In this document: positions 25,701-34,067 of the stretch, in pieces
Layout: each line of letters starts with the position of its first letter
Position numbering within the stretch: position 1 is the first letter of the stretch
From: Ylistrum balloti
Lineage: Eukaryota
Reading direction: 5' to 3'
Assembly: GCF_031769215.1 (NCBI RefSeq)
Contig: NW_026782844.1
Span: 186,001-250,000 of the forward strand
Length of the DNA: 64,000 nt
Notes under the pieces: generated by a model
Told to the model about the DNA's origin: nothing
What the model saw: the letters and a program-made list of their open reading frames with translations, nothing else
The model's database searches: none
Program-made: the position numbers and the translations under genes

Positions 25701-28700
25701 CTTTTATCAAATGCATCCTTAGCTTGTGTCACTGCTGCCTCTACTGCATTTTTGCTCCTGCAACTATCAATTTGTGTCAAGAAAGTCCGCCCAATAGTGG
25801 CGTATGCTCTTTGCTGTTCCAGTGCATCTTCGCACTGCTTGGCTAAACTGAGATGACGTTGTTGATACTTGAGTGCCTCATCATACTTCTCTAATGAACA
25901 CAGACACTCCCCTACCCTTCTGCAAGCTACAGCACATCCAATCTGATCTCCAAGAACCTCACTTATAGAGAGCTCAGCCTCATGTTCATTGATTGCCTCC
26001 TGATATCGTTCTGAATTATAAAACAAATGAAACATGTATATTTTGTGAAATCAAAAACTCAAGTCTTTTGTATTTTTTACGTTCAAATGCTCACATATCA
26101 TTTTCAAACGAGAGATCCCACCATTGTTTGATCTTTGTTCATTCTTTAAAAGACGGGTATTTTCCTTTCATTTTCTATTCTTTCCTCTGTTCTTGCTCTT
26201 ATTTTAATATGAAATTTAAGAGAATTTCTTCAGATATAGCAATAATAATCTTTAATTCTTAAATCAAAGATGGTTAAATGTCAGCCATTTTGTTTTGATC
26301 ATTAGCAACAAAATCAAAAGGGCACAAGTCAGGACCAAGGTGAACCTCCATATAATTTAAGATCAATCCAGTACTTTCTTTGTCAAAATCAATGCTAGCC
26401 ACCTGTAAGCAATCTCCTAATCTCCTCTCTGATTCCTCCAATCCCTTCGTTCTCTTGTCTCTGCCACTCTTAACACCTTGCTCTCTACATCTCTCTGATT
26501 CCTCCAATCCCTTCGTTCTCTTGTCTCTGCCACTCTTAACACCTTGCTCTCTACATCTCTCTGATTCCTCCAATCCCTTTGTTCTCTTGTCTCTGCCACT
26601 CTTAACACCTTGCTCTCTACATCTCTCTGATTCCTCCAATCCCTTCGTTCTCTTGTCTCTGCCACTCTTAACACCTTGCTCTCTACATCTCTCTGATTCC
26701 TCCAATCCCTTCGTTCTCTTGTCTCTGCCACTCTTAACACCTTGCTCTCTACATCTCTCTGATTCCTCCAATCCCTTTGTTCTCTTCTCTCTGCCACTCT
26801 TAACACCTTGCTCTCTACATCTCTCTGATTCCTCCAATCCCTTCGTTCTCTTGTCTCTGCCACTCTTAACACCTTGCTCAGCCTCATGTTCATTGATTGC
26901 CTCCTTTGATATCGTTCTGAATTATAAAACCTTGAAACATCTGTATATTTTGTGAAATCAAAAACTCTTAACATCTTGCTTCTATCTTTTTACATTCAAT
27001 CCCTTCGTTCTCTTGTCTCACATATAACATTGCTCTCTACATCTCTCTGATTCCTCCACCATTGTTTGATCTTTGTTCATTCCCTTTAAAAGATTCTCTT
27101 GTCAGATATTGCCACTCTTAACACCTTGCTCTCTACATCTCTCTATTCTTCCCTTCTTTCTTGCTCTTACTTTAACATGCTCTCTAAATCTCTCTGAGAA
27201 TCCCTTCTTCTCTTGTCTCTGCACTAATAACCTTCTTCTAATCTCTTAAATCAAAGATGGTTAAATGTCAGCCATTTTGTTTTGATCATTAGCAACAAAA
27301 TCAAAAGTTCTCTTGTCTCTGCCACTCTTAACACCTTGCTCTCTACATCTCTCTGAACCTCCATATAATTCTCTTGTCTCTGCCACTCTTAACACCTTGC
27401 TCTCTACATCTCTCTGATTCCTCCAATCCCTTCATTCTCTTGTCTCTGCCACTCTTAACACCTTGCTCTCTACATCTCTCTGATTCCTCCAATCCCTTCG
27501 TTCTCTTGTCTCTGCCACTCTTAACACCTTGCTCTCTACATCTCTCTGATTCCTCCAATCCCTTCGTTCTCTTGTCTCTGCCACTCTTAACACCTTGCTC
27601 TCTACATCTCTCTGATTCCTCCAATCCCTTCGTTCTCTTGTCTCTGCCACTCTTAACACCTTGCTCTCTACATCTCTCTGATTCCTCCAATCCCTTCGTT
27701 CTCTTGTCTCTGCCACTCTTAACACCTTGCTCTCTACATCTCTCTGATTCCTCCAATCCCTTCGTTCTCTTGTCTCTGCCACTCTTAACACCTTGCTCTC
27801 TACATCTCTCTGATTCCTCCAATCCCTTCGTTCTCTTGTCTCTGCCACTCTTAACACCTTGCTCTCTACATCTCTCTGATTCCTCCAATCCCTTCGTTCT
27901 CTTGTCTCTGCCACTCTTAACACCTTGCTCTCTACATCTCTCTGATTCCTCCAATCCCTTCGTTCTCTTGTCTCTGCCACTCTTAACACCTTGCTCTCTA
28001 CATCTCTCTGATTCCTCCAATCCCTTCGTTCTCTTGTCTCTGCCACTCTTAACACCTTGCTCTCTACATCTCTCTGATTCCTCCAATCCCTTCGTTCTCT
28101 TGTCTCTGCCACTCTCAACACCTTGCTCTCTACATCTCTCTGGTTCTTCCAATCCTTTCTTTCTTTTTCTTTACCACTTTTACCCGTTGCTCTCTACATC
28201 TCCCTCATTCCTCCAATCCCCTCCCTCTCTGTCTTGATATTCTGACACCCAGCTCTCTACATCTCCCAACCTTCTCTATGAATTTTCTAATCCCCTCCCT
28301 TTTGCTTTCTGTCTGTACACTCTAATGCCCAGCTCTCTAAACCTCACAATTCTCTCTCTGATTCCTCCAATCCCCTCCATCTCGGTCTCTGCACTCAAAC
28401 ATCCAGTTCTCTACACCTCCAAAACCTTCATTTTGCTTTCCCAAATCCCCTCCTCTCCTGATTGATATGCTTAAATATCCTTATTCCTATTGCAACCCTT
28501 CGTTTAGCAATAAAGGAAAGAAAAAAGGGTCTGAAGAGGGATGCTGCATGCATTTTAGCAATTTGGGGTACATGTTATTTGCAAAATAGGGACTTAACAT
28601 ATATGGAATGACATATATATATATATATATACCGTAAATATTCGCGTATAGTGCGCACTCGCGTATAGTGCGCAGGTAATTTTTGGAGATCAGATTAAAA

Positions 28701-31700
28701 AAAAAAATCTACAGAAAAATTAATTGACTGGTCACTGCGACGAAACATTTGATGTGGTCTGATCCATTGATAATTAGGAAACCACAATGAGCATGACCCT
28801 AACACATGTAATTACCTTAAGTAAACAAATTTACCCAGGTGACCTAACCAGCATGAAAGGCTTGGCTGATTGTGTAATTAACGGTTAATGACAGTTAACA
28901 CATTGAGTATGAGGAGACCGATGACACCCGGCTTGGGCTGAACTGTCTGAACATTTTCAATCCTACCTTGTCCCCATAAAAGCAGGTGGTTTGTTCAGTA
29001 TAGGCATGATCTTTCATGGTATCTGTACCCACTGCGGTATCCGAAGGTATTTAATGATAGATTGTTTACACCGACTTCAACATGGGGAAACAGCGAACAT
29101 CGTTTACAGCGAAAGAAAAACTGGACGCCATTGACTACGCCGAGAGACTTGGATTTCGTGCCGCCGGTCGCCACTTCGACATTCCGGAGTCAAATATCAG
29201 GGCATGGAAGAAAAAAGAAGACCATCTAAAGTCCCTACCAATCACCAGAAGGGCTGACAGAGGTGCTACCTCGAAATACCCAGAGATGGAGAGAGAGCTC
29301 TTCAACTTTGTATGCGATCGCCGAGATTCTGGCATTGCTGTCAGTACAACGGAACTGCGACTGCGGGCTATGCAGATCAAGAGAGGTTATGGGGTCACCG
29401 ACATGGAGGACGAGTGCGATATCTTCTATCACGATGACGAAAAAACTACTGAGGCGGACTTTGATCCAACAACTTTTTTCGATAGTGACGAGGAGGAGGA
29501 ATTTGCAGGGTTTTAGTGACAGCTCGTATGGTGATCAGGGACTGTGATAAGTGAAAAGTAAATGATATTAACTGCTTAGTGCTCTATGGATTATTTATCG
29601 TAAGTACCATGGTACCTATTACAATATGATTAGTTTAGTGCTATTGTAAACTTGTGATTTATGATGACAGATATTATTTTTATATAGATGATAATATAAC
29701 TCATTCGAAATTTATTTTATTTGTTTGTTGTTTTTATCTCTAAACTATCATATATGACCGACTATTCTTATATATATGTGAAGGGAGGTAATCCAATATG
29801 GCGGATGCAGAACTCGGGAATGATAACCCCAGGAATGGCATGTACCTGCATATAGTGCGCACCCCCTTTTTTACACGACAGTTTCAGCTTAAAAAAGTGC
29901 ACACTATACGCGAATATTTACGGTATATATACTATGAAGATATTAACCATCACAATAAAAAACACCTTTCAAACATAGTATACTAACTTTATTTTCTATC
30001 TATACTAGCCTTACATCATCCTGGAATCTAAATTTATATTATGTAGGTATGTTTGTACCATGTCATGTCTAATGAATAATTTGTTAAAATATACTGAAAT
30101 TATGAATTGAAAACCAGATGATTGATCTTTAGACCAAGCGAGTTGAAAATTAAATGGACAACAGACCATGTAGCATATAGCATAAGCTAAACTTCAATGA
30201 AGTAGTTGAGCTGAAAATCCTTGCAAAAGTATACATACCATTTTTAGACAAAAGAACCCCAATATAGTTACATATCAATGCAGCCTCTTTCAGATTACCA
30301 GATGTTTCATTTTTCTTCTTCTGTCTGCGGAGTTCTGAAACAAAATTTATACAAATACTTTTAAGACACTTCTTAAGTAATTATAACATGTATATTATCT
30401 AACAGCATATTTTGGATCTATTAAGCTGATGACATGCCAAGAATTACAACAATGCAAGCTGCCCAAAATTGATACCTTGAATACAAAGTCACTATGAGTT
30501 ATCAGTCTTTGTCTGGGAGTTCCAAGATCGTCAATATAAAAATGACAGATGAGCAAATGGGGAAGAATGTTTCATTGTAAATTTCAACATAATACATTGA
30601 AATTGATGCAGTTTTGCTGTAAAAGGTTGCACAAACACCCAATAAAAAGGCATGCTTCAGTGCATGAAGTTTTTCAAGATAACTTGTAAAGAAAAAATGG
30701 CAAGAACCTGGACAAGCCATTTCACATAAACTATTGATGCTCATGACATTGTACCTGAACGATTCAAGTTTCTGTTTCACACGGTTGCATAACCCTTGCA
30801 GAATAAAAAATTCAAACATACAAATATATTCATGCAAATATTAATTTCAAATATTTTTATGATTTATTTCTGCCTTAAACAAGTTACTTCCTGACGAAAT
30901 TATTTGTAGCAATCTGGATCATTTGTTGTTCCACATTCAGTAGGTTAACATGTGTATGGGTCGTTGCTTATTTATGGACTACATCTACAAGGATGAAATT
31001 GCTATAAGCTACAACTTTACAAAAATCTAATATACATTGGAAACTAAGTATATGTTACCGTAATTTATTCTAGGAAGACTTGTTTCAGTGTATTTCCCAA
31101 ATATATGTGTGCAATCATTTATTTGTACGTAGATGCTTATTATTTCAAATTGTGTTGCTATGTATATTATATGCATTAAATTTTAATTGAGTAATAAAAA
31201 ATATACTTTCTGATGCTCCACAAGGAAAATTCCATTAGCAGAAGATAAAGAAGCTAGTAAGGCCACATGTGCTTTACTATGTTATTTCTGAAATTTTACT
31301 TTGGGGTCTACTGCAATTGTGCTGGCCATAAAATGTCCGATATCCATCTTAGTGTTCAACTCAAAATGTTTATCTTGCATTATTGATTGAGAACCACCAA
31401 AACTTCAACAGTGCTATTATTCAATCTTTGTTCGACTGACATTGATGTTACATTGAATTTTATCTAGTGACATACACCAAAACTGCTCTGTATGGAAATA
31501 TAGTTCCAAACATCAACAGACATGTTACAGATTTTATAAATCATCATAAATGAATTTGTTCATTTCAACATATTAAATCCCTTATTTCAACTGTTATTTA
31601 TATTATTAAACTTATTTAGGTAAATTCAGTAAATAATTCTTATGAATTAATGCACGTGCTAAGATATAGCCATTTTACTTCACTGCCAAATAAAGCAAAA

Positions 31701-32311
31701 ATATGTGTGGCAGACATATTCCTATGATAGCACCAAATGCAGGATAAAGAGGAAGTGCATTAATTTGACATTATTACTTGCTGATTTACTTTAATAATAA
31801 TTCATTTTAAAATTATTAACAACTATCTAAATATCTTATTTGTTGCAACTAACAAGATCTTTCAAGAAAATTATCAAAATTACTTTTTTTAATATCCATT
31901 GAAGTATGGAACTACACTTCCATGCGGAGCAATTATTTTAAAGAAATCCACATTTCAGTGTAATGTCAATGTCAGATAAACAAAGATTGAACAGCCTCAA
32001 CAGTTAAAGTTTCAAAAGGCCTAATCTGCATGTGATGCAGGCTAAATAGAATACTTGGTCAATGTCTTAAAATAAAAGCTTCGTTTTGGCTCGTGAGAGA
32101 AAGACAAAAGTATCTTGCCACTTGTATCTTCCTTCACTCTCGTTAAAATATAGCTAATATTTCCAGCCACTGGCCATGTATCTCTACTTATTTAACGTCC
32201 TGACATAAGACAAATCCGCGGATGAACAGATGAAGGCGCCCTACAGGGCATGCAAAGAATTAACATTTAAAAGAGCTTACTGTCTATCTCTTTCTCATCA
32301 GCAGTATCCAT
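1428..32311 (-). CDS. TONSL: Tonsoku-like protein (TPR repeats - acidic linker - 3 ankyrin repeats - UBL - LRR), 25 coding exons, 1436 aa by manual reconstruction
   Basis: Exons in transcript order: 32281-32311, 30239-30334, 25618-26010, 24120-24192, 23237-23408, 20075-20189, 19005-19150, 16585-16737, 15927-16052, 15023-15224, 14634-14713, 14004-14084, 12472-12708, 11201-11324, 9356-9494, 8911-8964, 6611-7375, 6270-6426, 5423-5501, 4532-4681, 3988-4151, 3537-3708, 3112-3287, 2254-2327, 1428-1779. All splice phases are compatible and the total is 4311 nt. Diagnostic peptides: [96 protein letters not shown]. The domain order matches known TONSL. Confidence 0.95.
2020..2085 (+). mobile_element. 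CORE-SINE remnant
   Basis: GGTTAAGTGCCTTGCCCAAGGACAC at 2048-2072 resembles the conserved CORE domain of MIR-type SINEs. The match is short. Confidence 0.5.
5659..6105 (-). mobile_element. DINE-1/HINE-like (non-autonomous Helentron-type) element
   Basis: On the minus strand it starts TTTTTATATGCCCGTC-ntnt-GACGGG (hairpin 6079-6094), then a (GTCC)-like microsatellite, an internal ~158-bp tandem repeat (5717/5875), and ends GGCGTATA...CTCTTGTT. This matches the DINE-1/HINE architecture. Confidence 0.6.
6611..7375 (-). CDS. TONSL: TONSL coding exon 17 (low-complexity linker and start of UBL domain)
   Basis: 765-nt open exon inside ORF 6607..7407; contains [10 protein letters not shown] and ends [17 protein letters not shown]; acceptor tttcttgtag, donor GG|gtaagc. 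Confidence 0.92.
7509..8160 (-). mobile_element. hAT-like DNA transposon remnant
   Basis: Imperfect 13-bp TIRs TGGAGATGCCAAC (7509) and GTTGGTATCTCTA (8148-8160). ORF 7685..7885 encodes [23 protein letters not shown], like the N-terminal zinc finger of hAT transposases. No clear TSD. Confidence 0.55.
11670..12443 (-). mobile_element. Degraded DINE-1/HINE-like element ending 28 nt from the ankyrin exon donor
   Basis: The minus-strand start TTTAGGTCATCTGACCCAAATGTCATGATGACC resembles the start of the 36281 element. It contains GACCTTGACC motifs and an AACAAGA terminus. The left boundary is approximate. Confidence 0.4.
12472..12708 (-). CDS. TONSL: TONSL coding exon 13 (ankyrin repeats)
   Basis: [79 protein letters not shown]; acceptor gtgttctag, donor GAG|gtagag. 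Confidence 0.95.
12709..12985 (-). repeat. Degenerate tandem copies (42-64 bp) of the TONSL exon-13 acceptor plus exon start
   Basis: Recurring GAATTCTGTRTGTTCTAG followed by decayed GGTCACCCTGTCAATC / GATTACTGTGG. AG acceptors at 12709, 12772, 12814, 12856, 12912, 12976. Confidence 0.85.
15700..15926 (-). repeat. Degenerate ~50-bp repeats copying the TONSL exon-9 end and donor
   Basis: Plus strand ATACCTGAAGTCAGCAGTGTTCAGCTTCCTAAGCAC (15823) versus the real ATACCTGGAGTCTTCGGTGCTTAGCTTCTTTAGCAC (15923). Further decayed copies near 15873 and 15745. Confidence 0.7.
16066..16247. repeat. 83/84-bp near-perfect tandem duplication
   Basis: CAATAAAAATGAATATTAAATTTT...TTCAACTTTTAAAAAGTTT at 16066 and 16149, with a third partial copy at 16233. 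Confidence 0.9.
16747..16781. repeat. (AT)n microsatellite 8 nt from the exon-8 acceptor
   Basis: Direct reading. Confidence 0.95.
20475..22281. repeat. 49-bp minisatellite, ~36 copies
   Basis: Unit CATCAATAAGCACCATTACATAAACACTAAATGACATCCAGGGGAGGCA; period checked at 20761/20810; ends are degenerate. Confidence 0.97.
22478..23210. repeat. 25-bp minisatellite converting into a 50-bp dimeric higher-order repeat
   Basis: Monomer AAACAAAGCATTCTCTGGTACAGTG (22478-22625). The dimer adds CTGAAAAACAAAAGATCTTCCGG (period 50 at 22801/22851). Confidence 0.95.
25095..25605. repeat. 66-bp minisatellite, ~7.5 copies, abutting the exon-3 donor
   Basis: Unit AATCTCTCATCACCTGATTGYAATACTTGGTATACTTTCTCTGGTTRTTTGTAAAAGTTTACAGAA; period 66 at 25116/25182/25248. 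Confidence 0.95.
25618..26010 (-). CDS. TONSL: TONSL coding exon 3 (TPR repeats)
   Basis: [57 protein letters not shown]...ARIFLNL; acceptor tataattcag, donor G|gtaagt. Confidence 0.95.
26420..28450. repeat. 66-bp pyrimidine-rich minisatellite (two near-perfect blocks 26420-26877 and 27373-28150, decayed tail to ~28450)
   Basis: Unit CTCTCTGATTCCTCCAATCCCTTCGTTCTCTTGTCTCTGCCACTCTTAACACCTTGCTCTCTACAT; interrupted by a mosaic segment at 26874-27372. Confidence 0.95.
28632..29923 (+). mobile_element. Internally deleted pogo-like (Tc1/mariner superfamily) DNA transposon, 1292 bp
   Basis: 27-bp TIRs CCGTAAATATTCGCGTATAGTGCGCAC and GTGCACACTATACGCGAATATTTACGG (1 mismatch), TA target duplication inside (TA)n, and subterminal repeats of TATAGTGCGCA. 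Confidence 0.92.
29082..29516 (+). CDS. 144-aa pogo transposase derivative: N-terminal HTH DNA-binding domains fused to the acidic C-terminal tail, DDE domain absent
   Basis: [17 protein letters not shown]...[18 protein letters not shown] (Brinker/psq-like HTH), [32 protein letters not shown] (CENP-B/Tc5 HTH) and the tail [13 protein letters not shown]. Expression is unknown. Confidence 0.6.
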   Translation: MGKQRTSFTAKEKLDAIDYAERLGFRAAGRHFDIPESNIRAWKKKEDHLKSLPITRRADRGATSKYPEMERELFNFVCDRRDSGIAVSTTELRLRAMQIKRGYGVTDMEDECDIFYHDDEKTTEADFDPTTFFDSDEEEEFAGF

Positions 32312-32547
32312 TTCGTAACCCATTGGTTACATTACATCTGAAATTTGAGAAAAGACGAGCAGTGAAGGGTTTCTCAGTTCCTAAAATTTTGCTACTTGTT
32401 TTTCCCGGTAGGATCACCAACGCATGCGCAAGGAAACTGTGGTGTCTCAGTCTCTTGAGTGTTTGCACCAAGCGCGAGCGCCTGAATGGAAGTAAAGTAG
32501 ATCTTTATTTTGACCGCTTCCGCTGGCGCGGCTGGTTTCACAGATAG
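32312..32547. promoter_or_regulatory. Putative bidirectional promoter TONSL/BBS10 with the BBS10 non-coding first exon (donor ATAG|GTATGT at 32547/32548)
   Basis: CpG-enriched island in AT-rich context between the TONSL ATG (32311, minus) and a strong plus-strand donor. NRF1-like CGCATGCGCA at 32421-32430. Matching acceptor TTATTTTTCAG at 34061, 6 nt before the BBS10 ATG. Confidence 0.6.
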
Positions 32548-33724
32548 GTATGTCGTTTTATTATGTTTATCTGGTTGTTGTGAAGATTATAACAAACATA
32601 ACGATTCTTTCATTGTGATCTCCATCATATTGTATTACAACTGGGAATATATGACATATTGATACAGTGTCATGATAAACTTTTTTCTTAATGAACTATA
32701 CTCAGATTAAATAAGTGCAAGAGATTTTTAATAGTTGGACTTGCTGTTTTGAAACTAGCTTCTGATTTGAATAAAGATTTGAATTTATTTTTTAATGTTC
32801 TTCCCATGCTTCATTTCTAACTACTTTCATTTTAACAAAGTGTAAAGCATTGGTTCCTATGTGAATTTTCCTGTTCAATTAAATACTATTACTTTTTTTC
32901 TCTTCTCGTGTACTAATATCTGAAGACATTCATTTATGGAAGGTAACTCTAAAAGAAAAATAGGACAAGATATACAGTTCTGCATATATATTTTATTACA
33001 AAATATACCGGAAACTTTTGAGGTGAAATTTGTTGGCAGTTTTTGTGAACAAAAACTACTGTAAATCACTCAGATTTCGCAAGTACTTTAGATTGTGAAG
33101 ATATGATTTCACGAACGCTGATCTAGAAATTACTTCCTATTTGTAAATGATGGGCTATTACAGATCTTGATTCCAATATTGGTAACAGAATAAACATTGA
33201 TGCCCTCCACATTTTCTTTGTACAAATATTTGTTAGGTATTTGAACTTGCGACTGTCACTCCTTGCAGAAAAACAAGTGATTTACAGTATATCTTTCCTG
33301 GTTTTTCCAGTAGTCTTTTCAAGCACCCTGTCAATCGATCAAAATGCATAAAATTCAGGAGAGTCAAATTTAACAAGACCATTTCCAAACTTGTGTACTA
33401 CTTAGGTTTTCATACTATCAAAAAAAAGCGGGGAGGAGGAGATAACTTTCCAGTCTCTGATTTTAAGTCCCAAATTCTAGCCTTCTGAAGTGCCCTGCTC
33501 AGGCACCTTGAACCTGCTGTACCCGATAGCTTTACTCTTATTTTACCTCCCACTTAGGTAAGGAGGGTGTTATCGTAATCTTTTTGTCTATGCACAATAA
33601 CTGTATACATGTAAGATATCTCATGAACATCTGAACAGGTTTGTCTGTGAGTGTGTGATAAGCTTGTGTAAATCTATGTATTCTTATCACTTTACTAACT
33701 ACTTACTTACTTATACATTCATAC

Positions 33725-34040
33725 TCACTAATTTGTACCCATATCAATAAACACATTCATATGAACAAATGCATCCATATTTATGGATATAATCATATTT
33801 ACTAATGTAACCATATTAACCAATATAACCATATTAACTGTGACCATATGAACTAATGTACTGATATTAGCTAATGCACCAATATTTACAAACCTACCCA
33901 AATTAACTAATGTACACATATTAACTTACACACCCATAATTACTAACTACTCATTTTCACTATTGCATCCGTCCTAACTAATGCAGCCATATCATCTGTA
34001 ATAATTAATGTACCAATACTAACTAATACATCCATATTCT
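33725..34040 (+). repeat. Degenerate ~18-bp repeat (TAACTAATGYACCCATAT-like) directly upstream of the BBS10 acceptor
   Basis: About 14 decayed units, many containing CTAAT/CTAAC/TTAAC. The last unit ends 24 nt before the AG. Confidence 0.7.
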
Positions 34041-34067
34041 TGATATTACTTTATTTTTCAGGACACC

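Noticed and set aside
26274-28237. 185-287 aa ORFs ([22 protein letters not shown] etc.)
   Set aside because: The 66-bp unit lacks stops in three frames; it lies within a TONSL intron.
30502-30837. 111-aa minus-strand ORF in TONSL intron 1
   Set aside because: No recognisable motif, and it is not needed for the TONSL frame (exon 1 joins exon 2 in phase).
1428-32311. Causal link between TONSL function (its loss is associated with tandem duplications in other organisms) and the many tandem repeats in its introns
   Set aside because: The gene looks intact, the neighbouring junctophilin intron is equally repeat-rich, and a trans-acting repair factor would not act on its own locus specifically.
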